A stretch of DNA of 64,000 nucleotides, taken from the NCBI GenBank assembly GCA_034780895.1, contig JAUZTB010000077.1, positions 24,588,203 to 24,652,202 of the forward strand. Reading direction: 5' to 3'. Positions 11,417 to 25,228 of the stretch are shown here, one piece after another. The notes under the pieces were generated by a model, which saw nothing but the letters and a program-made list of their open reading frames with translations, was not told the origin of the DNA and ran no database searches. Each line of letters begins with the position of its first letter. The stretch's first letter is position 1. The stretch comes from Rhynchobatus australiae. Lineage: Eukaryota. A program made the translations under genes and the position numbers.

Positions 11417-14358
11417 GTACTCAGTCAGCTATTGCTGAGGGTGCTCCTCCATCAGGGATGTTATGTTTGGTTTTTCAACCTTAGGTTAACACCAGAACAC
11501 ACGAAATACTCCACCCAGCAGTTTGCCTGCCCTCTGCCATTCAACAAGCTCAGGTCTGATCCTCAGCCTCACTCCATGTTCCCTCATGACCCCCCAAATC
11601 CTTATATACCCCTTCATTCTCAAAATCTACCAACATCACACCTGGGCATGGGCAGCTTTCTGGAGAAATCGTCAGGACCTCATTGTCCAATCAATGTTCT
11701 ATGACCTCTTGTGGAAGGAAATGCAAGGATTCTGGGTTTCCCTGGTCTCAATGGAACACCCTTTGGTCTGAATGCTTCAGGTTCTGGACTTTGCCCTTTA
11801 ATTGAATGGAACAGGTGAGTATCAAAGAGACCATCAGGTCACCCACAGTACAGGTGTGCAGAGAGTAAAACCTACGGAGCTCAGTGAGGATCCTTCTCTG
11901 AGTCGTGTTAATTTTATTCCTTTCTTTTCCCTCCAAAATATCCTGAATTGGAAGGAGACTTCAAAAACAATGGCACTGATGTAGTAAATGTCGAACTGTT
12001 GGTGGCCAGTGACCTTGGGAGCTGAAAGGGTTGTGATCCGGCAATTCACCAGTAGTGCGCTAACATTTATGCACCTCAGTGGGAACCTATGGCAGCAAAT
12101 GAACAGCTTAGCCTGACCACAGAGAACTAACAAAATCATGAAGGGTTCAGACAGAACCAATTAGAAAGAATTGTTCCATTGGCTGGAGGGTTGGTGAGCA
12201 GTGGGACTAATATCAGGAGACTGCAAGAGAACCAGAAAATAAACAACAAATTGATTCTTCGGTTGAGATAAAGAGTGATTCTCGCTCTATTTGAAGGATG
12301 TAAAAATATGATTTAAAGTGTTACCTGGTAATGTCCTTATAACCAATAAGATGAAGTCTGCCAGATAGTTCAGCAGCACAGAGCCACATGAACATAAATG
12401 TCAGCTGAAGGTAAAGTAACCTGCCTCAATTCCTGTGACGATGTGCATTTCTACAGTACTGTCACAGCGCACACAGGTGTCCCAACACACAATTCAGCCA
12501 AAAAAGTACTTCTGAAGTATAGTTAAAAGAGGACAGCTAATTTGTCCACAACTTGTCTGGTATCAACTACATAATCTGTTCTTAGAGATAACAGTCAAAA
12601 TGCTGGAACTCCTCAGCGGGTCACGTGACATCGGTGGTGAGACTTTTCACCTGTTACAGGGCTGGAGGAGGTTACAGAGATCGGGAGGGTGTAGGAGCTG
12701 GACTAAGTCACGATGTAGGCAGGGGTATTAGGTTTGGTGGAGGTTATGGAGGTACAAGAGTGAGCAGTGGAGGAAGTTTCAGGCATTGTGAGTGTTGTAG
12801 GGAGAAGGAGGTATTTGCAGAGATGTTTGGTGTAAGAGGTAGTGGAGGTTTCAGAGACTGGACTTGGTATTGGGGTATGTTACAGAGGTGANNNNNNNNN
12901 NNNNNNNNNNNNNNNNNNNNNNNNNNNNNNTGATGAATTTTGATGTAGGTGGGAGCCAGCGTAGGTCAGTGAACATGGGACTCGGAACAAGTCCGGAGGA
13001 GTTGCAGAGTTTGAAAGCTGCAGCCACTATTTGTAGTTTGTGAATCAGATTTAACTCTTAAATTGAACAGAGAACATCTGGCGAAGTTATGATGAAGCAC
13101 TTCCTGTGTTACCAGGTAGAATTCAACTCTGCTCCGAACGTGCATTGTTTGCACTAAAGGAAAGATTAAATCATGACTTTGTCCTTGGTTCATGAAGGTT
13201 AACACTCACAACCAACTCACAGATCAACGGGCAGCTGAGTTGCAAACAGGCACGGTCGCTTAATTTCCAATATTTGACTTCAGTGGACAGTGGCCATTTG
13301 CTGCAGCCAATTCCCCACACTGAGGTCAGAGACAGAGAGACACTTTCGTCACCCTGATGTCACATTGATGCCAGAAATCCTCATGTTAATTGCAACGATG
13401 ATACCCAGTCCGTTTATCCACTGGTCCTCACATTTCTACACAAGAAACNNNNNNNNNNNNNNNNNNNNNNNNNNNNNNNAACCTACCCCACCACTGAATG
13501 TGATCCTGGCCGATCTGGTCTTGTTCCTATCACTTTCTCACTCTTTCCCCCCCCCTTCGATGTACTCAGTCTTTGCCTTGAATATTTCACATTTCATATT
13601 TCCCTGTGATGTGGAAGGGTTCACACAGCCCATTGAATCTACACCTGAGATCTATCAATCTCAGATTGGTCCTGTCAGTCCCATTGCCCATGGATTTTCC
13701 TGTAACTTATTCTCTTTGCCATGCTCAGGAACCCCTGGTTCTTCTGCCTCCCATCTACACCACAGGTCATTTACAGTTGTCAGTTAAACACAACAGCACA
13801 TCTTTGGGATGTGGGAGGAAACCACAGAGTCACAGGGAAGATGTGTAAACTCTGCACAGAGAGCCCTGGAGGTCAGGATGGAGTCCGGGTCAGGGGGCAC
13901 AGCACTAACCCTTAGTACCTCCTGCTTCACGAGGAAGAGAGCAATGAAATGTCCACGACTGGTTCAGCTGTGACAGGACTGACTGGGGCCAGTTGACCAG
14001 TTCCTGCTCCCAGTTCTCATGTCCTTGCTCCACAACACCACCTGCACAGCTGTGCTAAGGTAAAGATTCATAACCCTCTGAAAGAATAAATTCCTCCTCA
14101 TCTCAGTTTCAAATGAGCAACCTCCTTGTTCAGAAACTTCCAGAACCTTTTATTGTGATAACAGAATCCCTCGGGGTGGGGAGGGGGGATATCCTCTCAG
14201 TATCCACCTGTCCATCCCCTCCAGAGTCTGTGTTTAAGTAAGATCACCTTTGTTCTTCTAAACCATAACAAGTACAGGCCTAATCTGCTCAATTTATATG
14301 ACAGCAAAGAATCATCCATGAACCTTCTCTGCAATACCTCTTACGTAAATCAGTCCTT

Positions 14359-14470
14359 CAGTATGTAGACTAAAACTGCACAGTGCAGTCTCATCAGTGT
14401 GTAGACTAAAGCTGCACAGTGCAGTCTCATCAGTATGTAGACTAAAACTGCACAGTGCAGTCTCATCAGT
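14359..14470. repeat. 36-bp tandem repeat x3
   Basis: CAGT(A/G)TGTAGACTAAA(A/G)CTGCACAGTGCAGTCTCAT at 14359, 14395, 14431. Confidence 0.9.
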
Positions 14471-15874
14471 GGCCAGCTCCATGCATCAGGCCAACATTCC
14501 ATTAGCCTCCCAGTTACTGCTGTCCCTGCTCGCCAATTCTTGATGTTCCATGTGCAGGCTTCACACATCCCTTTGCACTGCAATATTTTGCAATCTCGCT
14601 CTATTTCTATATCCTTACTTCCAAAGTGGATAACCTACAATTTTCCCACATTATATCCATCTGCCATCTTCTTGCCCACCCACCTTCCCCGTCTCTGTCC
14701 ATCTGCAGACTCTCATGTCCACACAACTTGCTGTCCCACCCACAATAAACGCTGAGAACACTGCGGGTCAGGCAGCATCCGTCTGACAGAGTTAACGTAT
14801 CCAGTCAAACACCTGTGAGGGCTGGAAAAGAGAGAAAATGTAGGTTTGCAGAGAAGCTATGGAGGATACATCCTGCCACCCAGCCAGCTCTTCCCCTCTG
14901 CCATCCTTCCAAAATGTCAAACACCCCTGAATATTCAGTTCCCAGCCTGTCACCTTGCAGTCCTCTGAAATGTCCATCAGATCATTTTTGTTCCTAAGTT
15001 TATTAGATATTGTTTGTTTGTGTCATCAACTCTATTGCTATGTGCACTCAGAGAAAGAACCTTTACATTTTATCTTGTCAGTTTCCCCTGCCCTGTCTGT
15101 TTGCTGATGCCCTCCTACGTGTTACTGTCTGCCATTCCCTCATCTCCCACCCCGGTGCTCCAACTTCAATGGGAGTTCTTACATCTTGAACCCCGCCCAG
15201 CCTGAAGGCTCAGGTTGGTACGGTGGTTCCTTCCTTTGGTCGAGTGTGCCTTCATGCTCAACGTTTAGTCTACACCAGGTAAGGCAGCAGGACTCCTTCC
15301 CTGAAGGGCAACCGTGAACCAAATGGGTTATATAACACTCCAGTGTTTTGTGATTACCACTACTGAAACTAGTATTTTTTTTCCAATTGCAGAGTATTTA
15401 ATTACTTGAATTTAAATTCTCCAGCTGCCCATGGTGGGATTTGAACTTGTGTCTCTGTGTCCACAGCTCAGGCTGAACCACAGTTTTGTTATAGCCAGAG
15501 TCTGCATTGGACAGGTCTCAGGGACACTTGGATGAAAGGTTCCCTGGTGCCCTTTAGTTAATTTGATCGTGTGTCCCATTCCCTGACCATGACCTGCTTC
15601 TCCTGGGAGAAATTCTCAGGTATAAATTAACAGGTTTCTGCACAGCAAGTGCTTAATGTTCCACTTTTCAGAGTAATTGCAATGTAGTTTCCTAAATTGT
15701 CCACATATTGGAACAATCACACACATTTCAGTGTGTTGAGATTGATTAATGGCATTTGCTTTCAGCTTGCCTGATGTAGAATTACTATTAAATCTTGTAC
15801 TGTCATGTTGTGCATCAAATAACTTGGAAAACAAAATGGTTCAAGAGTCCATTGTGTGTCCTGTCTTACCCCAG

Positions 15875-16074
15875 GGAAGGTCTTTGTGCACTGTGCCTTT
15901 GGATACAGCAGGTCGGTTACGCTGGTGTTGGCTTACCTAATGACGTACCATCACCTCTCACTGCTGGACGCAGTCAACACAGTGGCTGAACGCAGGCGCA
16001 TTTTCCCCAATCGAGGGTTTTTAAAACAGTTACGGACCTTGGACATAAAATTACAACGAGGAAGAAAGGTTTAA
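15875..16074 (+). CDS. DUSP13A: DUSP13A coding exon 3 (catalytic CX5R)
   Basis: cccag| acceptor; [22 protein letters not shown]...PNRGFLKQL; stop TAA at 16072-16074; exons sum to 585 nt = 194 aa. Confidence 0.92.
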
Positions 16075-16420
16075 CTTCTGAGAATGGGCTCTTACTGTGG
16101 ACTGGTGAATACTCAATAATTCCTGTCTGCAGAAGCACGAATGTTCACCATTATATCCTTATGGTGAAACACATCCCACTGAGGTACTTGTCCACAGGGA
16201 TGGAGTTCATTTGCATGATTATTTTCATAAAATTAGCATTCATCCCATTGGTAAACATGTCTACTTGCATTTTACCATTACTGTTACAAGTCCCTCCACT
16301 GACACCAACATTAATCAGATGTTAGCACTCTCTCAGCTCAGTGACCATACAGACCTGTCACTGGATCAGACTGTGTGATATTCTATTCATGTTATAATAA
16401 TTTTCTGCAGCTTAACTGTG

Positions 16421-16426
16421 AATAAA
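16421..16426 (+). terminator. Candidate polyA signal of DUSP13A
   Basis: AATAAA about 350 nt after the stop. Confidence 0.45.
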
Positions 16427-16959
16427 TATTCAGATTCTTGCACAAGCTGCCATAGTCCATTTGGAACAATGTCATTCACTGATTAAGGAGTTTATCATTT
16501 GTTGAAATGTTGCTGTATTTGTAAAGAGTTGTTATTACCTGGAGACAGCTGGTTTTAATAAAAATTGATTTTTAAGACTCAGGTGGAACTTTGCCTCTGA
16601 CCTGGAAAACGGTCCGTTTAATCTGAATAAACTCTTCAATGCAAACTCAATTGACAGTTTACACAGTTCTCTGGGACTAAGAATTGCAAGGATTTACAAA
16701 GCACAGAGAAAACATTCCCCCCTTCCTGAGAACCCAGTGGCCAATCTCTTATTGTGAGACCTCGCCTCCCACTGGGGAAACATACTCACAGCATCTACTC
16801 GGTCTGGTTCCCTCATGTGCTTTAGTTGTCTAATCTCCAGGTAGCATGGATTCACTCTGCTTATCTCACAGAACAACCTCTTCACCCCAGGAATTCACCT
16901 AACAGCACTGCATACGATGCAAAGTGAGACGAAGACAGCAGGACTCCAGATATAGTGTC

Positions 16960-17215
16960 ACACAAGATGCTGGAGGAACTCAGCAGGTCAGGCAGCATCT
17001 ATGGAGGAAAATAGACAGTCGACGTTTCAGATCAAGACTCCTNNNNNNNNNNNNNNNNNNNNNNNNNNNNNNNNNNNNNNNNNNNNNNNNNNNNNNNNNN
17101 NNNNNNNNNNNNNNNNNNNNNNNNNNNNNNNNNNNNNNNNNNAGACTCCTCATCTGACCTGATGAGTTCCTCCAGCATCTCATGTGTTGCTCCAGATTTC
17201 AGCATCTAGTCTCTT
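16960..17215. mobile_element. Penelope-like terminal-repeat element with inverted arms
   Basis: AGATGCTGGAGGAACTCAGCAGGTCAG (about 16965) is inverted at CTGACCTGATGAGTTCCTCCAGCATCT (about 17154); similar ends at about 2950, 22560, 23860, 31855, 47120, 52700. Confidence 0.6.
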
Positions 17216-19865
17216 GGGTCAGACTTCCTTATTCTTGTATATTCCATCTCTCTCACAATAAAGGCATTTGCCTTCCTATTCACTTGTTGCACTTGTGTTG
17301 CTTGTACAAGGACACCTTGTGTTCATTAGTCTCACAACACTGAAAGGTGATATTCCACTTTTCTATCTTTCCTACCAAAGTGGACGACCTCAATTTTTCC
17401 ACAGTAAATTCCATTTGCCACTTTTTTTACGCACTCACATAACCTCGCAATATCCCTTTGCAGACTCATTTTGGTCTCCTCTGAACTTAGTTTCTAATCT
17501 ACTTCATATCCTCAGCAAACTAATGCACAACCCCAGTCCCTTCACCTGTCAACACCATAAATGTAAATGGTCAAGGTGCTGGAACCTACCTCTGATGACT
17601 CCTATTAATTACACTTTGCTGATCTAAAATTGACCATTTATGTGTACCCTCTGGTGAACCAGTTCTCTGTCTACAACACTATAACTCCTTCCATCCAATG
17701 ACAATTTATCTTCTGCAGTAATCCTTCATGTTATATATTACAGAAAGACTTTTGAAAAGTCATATAAACTATACAGGTTTCTCCTTATCCACCCTGCTAC
17801 ATACATCCTCAAAGAGCTCTGAACCACTGCCATCTCATTCACATGGTGACACAGCTCTGCTTGCACTGTTCCACTGTTGAACTCTGGCCACTCCAATATT
17901 CCCTCTGCCACTTGTAGTGGCAAACTCCAAACTCCAAAAAGGAAAGATTGCCAAACCCCACTCAAACATCAGTTGCAAATTCAAGATTCCAAGCAGTTCC
18001 AAGACTTTAACTGAAACCAAGGTTCAAGGTCCTTGTGGAACATTGTGGGGCAATGAACTTTAGTTTGACACAACCGAAGCAGAGGTTCATCAGCTGATTT
18101 TGTGCTAATATCAGGTGACTGATCAGCATTACTGCAGCTTGTGACAATCACGAGCAATCTCCAAATCTCATTCCAATCAACTTCCGTTCGAATCCCCATT
18201 AGATATATAAGTAATGAAGGAGAATGTTTCTAAATAACCAACATTACCTAAGTCCTGGAGTCTCCTGCACACCTGCCATTTCACCATTAAAACTGTGTTT
18301 CAAACGAATCTGTTCTCTTCTTTTAATCCAAGTCCAGTCTCACTGCAGTCGGCTTTCAGTCCAACCTTCAAGTGCACCCTACAGATGATCATGAGTTCTC
18401 TCCACTCTACCTCACACTCGTTCCACTTCATTGTCCTCACTAACGACAAGCATGGAAGGGGACCAGTGACCATCTCATTCTATACAAAAGTTTATCACCA
18501 GCATCAAAGGCTCTGAGAAAGCAGAGACATTGTTTAATACCTGGACCTAGTTTAGATGCCTGGACTGAATTAATTAAGTTCAGTTTGCTTTTAACATGCT
18601 GCCTTTCCTCCATTAAACCACTCAGACAAATCACAATGAACTTGTTCGGGACGACTGTTACCATTTCTGGAGATTTCCTCAGCAGGAAGGTCGCACACAG
18701 CAGCCTGAAGCTGCAAAGGCCTTTCATGTGGTCCCCCAGTCCTCTGACATCCTGCTGAGTGGCTGTGGGAGGATGGAGAATCTGTGGTCAAACCTTCCAT
18801 AATTTCCACCTTCAGCGTCCCATCGACACCTGGTGACTTATCCACTCTGAACTCAGCAGGCTTCGGGTTACTCTTCTTGATCAATTTTTAATCCATCCAA
18901 CATAGCAGTTACTTAGCCATTTACTGAAAATACAACAGCCCTTCAGCCCATCATGTCTATGCTGACCTAATGTCCATCAACACCAATGCCCTTTTCCTCC
19001 ATTAGGTCTGTATCCTTCTCTACCTTGTCTATTCCCGTGTCTGTCTAAATNNNNNNNNNNNNNNNNNNNTCCTTCTGTACCTTGTCTATTCCCGTGTCTG
19101 TCTAAATGCCTCATAAACACAGTGGTTGCATCTGATTCTACCATCCCCCTGGCAGTCAGTTCCAGAAATCACCAACTCTCTGCGTAAAAACTTAGCCCTC
19201 AGATCCACTTCTAAAATTCCTTCCTCTCACCTTAAACCTGCACCCTCTTGCTTTTGATCCCCCTACCCTGGGGACCAGATCCTGACCGCCTGCCCCTTGT
19301 GCACTTCCACAGCTCACCCTTCAGTCTCCTTCACTCCAGGGAGGACAAGCCCAGTCTCCCCATAACCAAATAACATCCAGACAACGTCCTGGTGAACCTC
19401 CTCTGCACTCTCTTCAGGGCAACCACCTCCTTCCTGTGGAGTGGTGTAAACTCCAAGCCCACTCTGCTCATCAACATCACTTGGTGCCCTACCATTTACG
19501 CTAAATGTCCCACCCATGTCTGACTTCCCAAACTACATCATGTCACACTTGTCAACATTTTCTTCCTTGGTAAAGATGTGCCAAGGTCTCAGTGTCTCTG
19601 CCTCCAACCCTCCATCCCTCCATCTCTCCATGCCGCTATCCCTCCATCCCACTGTCATTCCATCCCTCTGTTCCCTCATCCCTCCATCTCTCCATCCCTC
19701 TGTCCCTCCATCCGTCCATTCCTCCATCCCACCATCCCTCCATCCCTCGTTTCAGACAACACTCACTTTCTCTTTGCCTCCTTATTCCCATTCCCCCTCT
19801 GAGCTCCGAGGTTAAACCAACATCCCACCATTCATCACCCTGACACCACATCGGGTCTCTTCCCC

Positions 19866-20960
19866 TTGTTACCCAGGGAACCCTGGTGTTACCAACCCCA
19901 CCCCCACCCCCCGGTGNNNNNNNNNNNNNNNNNNNNNNNNNNNNNNNNNNNNNNNNNNNNNNNNNNNNNNNNNNNNNNNNNNNNNNNNNNNNNNNNNNNN
20001 NNNNNNNNNNNNNNNNNNNNNNNNNNNNNNNNNNNNNNNNNNNNNNNNNNNNNNNNNNNNNNNNNNNNNNNNNNNNNNNNNNNNNNNNNNNNNNNNNNNN
20101 NNNNNNNNNNNNNNNNNNNNNNNNNNNNNNNNNNNNNNNNNNNNNNNNNNNNNNNNNNNNNNNNNNNNNNNNNNNNNNNNNNNNNNNNNNNNNNNNNNNN
20201 NNNNNNNNNNNNNNNNNNNNNNNNNNNNNNNNNNNNNNNNNNNNNNNNNNNNNNNNNNNNNNNNNNNNNNNNNNNNNNNNNNNNNNNNNNNNNNNNNNNN
20301 NNNNNNNNNNNNNNNNNNNNNNNNNNNNNNNNNNNNNNNNNNNNNNNNNNNNNNNNNNNNNNNNNNNNNNNNNNNNNNNNNNNNNNNNNNNNNNNNNNNN
20401 NNNNNNNNNNNNNNNNNNNNNNNNNNNNNNNNNNNNNNNNNNNNNNNNNNNNNNNNNNNNNNNNNNNNNNNNNNNNNNNNNNNNNNNNNNNNNNNNNNNN
20501 NNNNNNNNNNNNNNNNNNNNNNNNNNNNNNNNNNNNNNNNNNNNNNNNNNNNNNNNNNNNNNNNNNNNNNNNNNNNNNNNNNNNNNNNNNNNNNNNNNNN
20601 NNNNNNNNNNNNNNNNNNNNNNNNNNNNNNNNNNNNNNNNNNNNNNNNNNNNNNNNNNNNNNNNNNNNNNNNNNNNNNNNNNNNNNNNNNNNNNNNNNNN
20701 NNNNNNNNNNNNNNNNNNNNNNNNNNNNNNNNNNNNNNNNNNNNNNNNNNNNNNNNNNNNNNNNNNNNNNNNNNNNNNNNNNNNNNNNNNNNNNNNNNNN
20801 NNNNNNNNNNNNNNNNNNNNNNNCCTTTTTACCCAGGGAACCCTGGTGTTACCAACCCCCCCCCCACCCCCCGGTGGGGACCCTGGCATTACCCAAGCCC
20901 ACCTCCTGGTGTGGACCCAGGCATTACCCCCCCCCCCCGTGCACCCCCACCCACCCCGTT
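19866..20960. repeat. C-rich tandem repeat, mostly N
   Basis: TTACCCAGGGAACCCTGGTGTTACCAACCCC..CACCCCCCGGTG is present on both sides of the N block. Confidence 0.7.
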
Positions 20961-21152
20961 GTGGACACACTCAGACTGAATCAGTTGTTAATAGGTCTGA
21001 AATGGAGCAGGAATCACAGCTGTCTGGAAATGTCAAACCCAGTGCTCGGGATACAACGTCACTACAATCACAGCAGTAGCCATTTCAACAGAGAGCTTTG
21101 GGAAGGACGGACAAGCCTAACAGAGCAATATTTCCAGTAAAGCTGGTGTAAT

Positions 21153-21322
21153 ATGGCAGCAGCAAGGTCTCAGCCCGAAGATGATCCAGATGCTTCCAAC
21201 GGCAGCACAATCCGTGACTCAGGAACCCCTTCTGTTCTAGAACTAGAGGACGTTCTGGAGAGCAGCAGAGTGCCGTTAAACCATGTTGACGAAGTCTGGC
21301 CTAACCTGTACATTGGAGACTT
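21153..21322 (+). CDS. Extra DUSP13-family atypical DUSP paralogue, coding exon 1
   Basis: MAAARSQPEDD...[32 protein letters not shown]; donor TT|GTAAGT, phase 2; upstream acceptor-like tttccag ending 21137. Not listed in the ORF track. Confidence 0.87.
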
Positions 21323-22052
21323 GTAAGTTTGGACATGACCACAGCAAACAACTACCAGGACTTGTAAATCAGGCAGATTTATTTTAATAGCTTTATTGTT
21401 GGCAAAGTAAGAAGGCATTGCTATTATTTTGGTCATTAAGCTGCTTGCAGAATGGGAAGGGGAACCAGTGGTTTGTCACACTAAGCTCATCATGTCCACA
21501 GCTGCCAGAAGTGTGGGCAGGACGAGGTGCTTCAGGTCAGTCCTTTCCAGAGCACCTTTCAAATCTTCACGTTGTCCCACCACACTGTACAGCCAATGAA
21601 ATACTTTAGAACCGCTGTAGCAAAGAAAGATCATGTACAAGGTCTTGTGGTCAGTTAAAGTTCATGGGAGGATTTTATTTCCTAGACCAACAGCAAATCC
21701 AAAATGGAAACACACACATTTATTGGGAAAAAGCATCCATGTTTCATTCCTCTCAGGAAGCCCCACAGGAATGTTATTTATCCAGTAGATGGCTCACTGA
21801 CCATTACTTTATGTAAGAGGTTAAACAGTGAATGTCCGCAGACAATTTGACTACAGCAGGTATCACAGCCAACCCTGAGCAATGTATTCCACAGGGGTGT
21901 GAGGTCCAGAACAAGAGCCTGAACCAATTCTGCTCAGTTTCTCCAGTTGAATTAGCACCAGTTGACTGATTGACCAACTCTGCAGAGAGCAGCACTAAGC
22001 CACAGGCAATCCCGAGGGAAACAAGTTCACACTGTGTCTGTTCCCATTGCAG

Positions 22053-22270
22053 GGTAATAGCCCATGACCGAAAACAATTGAGAAGGCTGGGAATCACTCA
22101 CGTGTTAAACGCTGCTCATTCCAAATGGGGCAGTAAAGGAGATTCCATCTTCTACGGCAGGAAGATAAAGTATTTCGGCATCGCAGCCGATGATTGTCCA
22201 GAGTTTGACCTGAGCAGCTACTTCTACACTGCAGCTGAACTCATACACCAAATACTGAGGAATCCAGATG
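22053..22270 (+). CDS. Extra DUSP13-family paralogue, coding exon 2
   Basis: ttgcag| acceptor, G|GTAAGA donor; VIAHDRKQLRRLGITHVLNAAHSKWGSKGDSIFYG...AADDCPEFDLSSYF; 218 nt. Confidence 0.92.
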
Positions 22271-25228
22271 GTAAGATGTGTTCTGGTCGGTGTTAGTAAT
22301 GACAGAATCAGTCCTGATTAATTGACTTATTATATGGAACACCTAACTCACACAGAGAGGTAGTGAACCCTTGTTTGTGAAGTACAATTGTTGAGTTTTT
22401 TCGATCGGAGTCATTCTTCAGTAGCCCACAAGAGTGATGAGCATTCCCCAACACTCATAGCTTGCTGCTGGCAAGAACTCACACTGTCCAGGGAGCAGGG
22501 AACAATTCAGCAGTGTAAAACCAAGATCTGCAGATGCTGGAAATGTGAACTGGAAACAGAAAATGCTGGAAACACTCGGCAGGCCAGGCAGCATCTGTGG
22601 AGAGAGACAGTTAATGTTTCGGGTCAGGGATCCTTTGTCAGAACTCAAAAGGAGAGAAAGGTAGAAGGTGAGTTCATTAGCCGCCTCTCACCTCAAGGCA
22701 GGTGGGTCATCCCGAACCCTAACCCTGACTGTTCCCAGGTTTGGCTATCGAGTTGCTCTAGGGATGTCCTGGTGACCCGTCCGTCCCAGTCCCATGTGAC
22801 CCAGCATCATCCCTGCTATGTTGTGGGGGAGCTCCTGTCAGATAACAGACCCCATGGGGAGCTGTCTCAGACCATGTCTGCTGCTTCCCCTCTGCTTAGT
22901 TGGCCACTGCTCCCCAGTCACCCGGCGCTGTACCCACACCACTGAGGATCCTTACCAACTCTCCTGGGTCCACTGGTGGTGAGCAGTGCCAAGAAGGGTT
23001 GGCACAGAGAGTGAGAGAGGGATTCATGGGCAGGAGCAGACTCCCTCGGATAGGGGGAGGCACAGAGAGTGAGAGAGGGATTCATGGGCAGGAGCAGACT
23101 CCCTTGGATACAGAGGGAGCCACAGAAACAAAGAAAAGTCCTCCCAACAGTTGCTGTTGCATCGAACATAACCAGTGCCAGCACTGACTGATGGACCCAG
23201 CCCAGCTGATTCTGGCTGTCTCATAGCATCACAGACATTGCACTGAGGCCATTCAACCATCACGTCTGTACTAATCAGTAGAGATCCACCCTAACTAACC
23301 CCACTGAGCAGCAGATCCCAGCTCCTCCTGTACAGTTACCACCAGGGTTTATGCCACCCTTTCAGGCAGTGAGATCTGGACCCCACCACCCTCTGAGTGG
23401 GAAGATATTTCCTCATTTTCCCTCTAATCCTTCAGATGAAATGTTGAGATGGGCTCAGTGTGCATTCTGACGAAACATTCAGGGTTGGGTATTGCTGGGT
23501 CAGGATGGTCTGCTCAGCATTACTGCTGGGTCCTCTGCCCCGATCAATAGAGATGTGTGTGGTCCACAACAAGTCTCTTTTCCCATGTCCCATAAACACC
23601 GCTGGGTCAGATCAGCTCAGGATGGACATGGTCACATTGGGCATGGTTTTGGATTGATGAGGCTTGTGTCAGGTCAGGCTTTGATTGGCTGGGGTTGTCA
23701 TATCACCAGGTTAACTGCGGCTGGGTGAGTTTAGAGTGGTTGTGATTTCTTGGGCTCAGATAGGCCTCTGTCAAGCTGAGGTGGCAGAAATCCGTGGACG
23801 TCTTTTAAGGGACCAAATACTGCCAAAAATATGAAATGAAAACAGAAAACCTGCAAACACGCAGCAGGTCAGGCATGTTCCTCTCACACAGGTGCTGCTT
23901 GACCTGCTGAATAGTTCCAGAACTTTCTGATTTTATTAATTTTTATTAATCTGGTTGACAATTCACTGAAGACAACATGTCACAGACACTTACACAAAGG
24001 CACCTAAAACATAAAGAAGTGAAATGCAGAATATGATAATAAACTAATGAGTAACATGAAAACGAAGTGTAGCAGCTTGTCCAGGTGTGAAGGAAGGTAC
24101 CAGTGAGAGACTCACAGCAGAAGGAGGAGCTTACAGTGGGAAGGAAGGGACTGGCTGAGAAATTAAACAAATACCTTGTGTCTGCCTTCATGGTTAATGA
24201 GTCGGGAAACTGGAAGTTCCCAGGACTTGATGATCTGGATCTCAGGGATCGGAAAGAAGGGATGCTGCAGAGACACTTGGTGGATCCAGTAGAAGAGATG
24301 AGTGGACCCAGAGATGTGCTGGTGTGGGTTTTCAGAAAACGTTCAACAAGGTCCCACAGAGGATGTTGGTGAAGAAAGTTGGAGCACAGGGAATTGTGGG
24401 TACTATACTAGCAGCAGCTGAAGGAATGGATGTGGGGAAAGGGCATGCTGAGGTCAGCCATGATGTTGTGGAATGGCGGGACAGGATCGAGGGGATGAAA
24501 GGCCAACTCCTGCCCCCAATTCTCATGTGCTAATGAACAATGAAAGGTTCACTGGCAAACCCGGGAGACTGTTCCATTTTCTAACCTGCTTCCTTCTCCT
24601 CGTTTTACTTCCTGAAGGTGGGTTTACTGGGAATTGTTCACATTCACCAAAAGCTTCACCAAGCCCTTCCTCCACAGAAGCCAATCACACAGGCTGAGCC
24701 AGTACAAGGGCCACACCCAAAGTCTGTGCACTCCACCTGCTGCTGTGGGTCACAGGAGAGAATGTCCATCCCCATGACCTTTACCAAAACACAGCCCATC
24801 CTCCTTATACCTCCCCCCCCCCAACACCCTGGAGCCCTGTGGGTAACAGTTAGTCAAATGTACAGACGATGTGTGACTCCTGGGCATCTTCAGGCCAGTA
24901 TCTCATGAAGCCAATGCTGGGAGCCACACACAACCTCTCCACAGGTTGGAGTTTAGGGACCATGGTGAGTGGTGAGCTCTGGAGCTGGTGCTGGAGAGGC
25001 AGAAACAGAAACCTTGCCTCAGTGAAGGGGAACTGGATTCCTCAGACTGTCCACCAACAGCAAGGCTCTGGACCCAGATCTGGAATGAAATTCATTCTTT
25101 GGTTGGCCTTAGGGTTAGGGTTTGAACAGTGCAGGGTCCTACAATCTTTAAATGCAATTCACATCTGACTGCCTGTAATTAAAGCATCAAATCCCTGTCC
25201 CTGTCTCTGTCCCTGTCTGTATCGTTAG

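Noticed and set aside
10981-11704. Cys-rich repetitive ORFs (metallothionein or keratin-associated look)
   Set aside because: Translations of the 29-bp intronic tandem repeat
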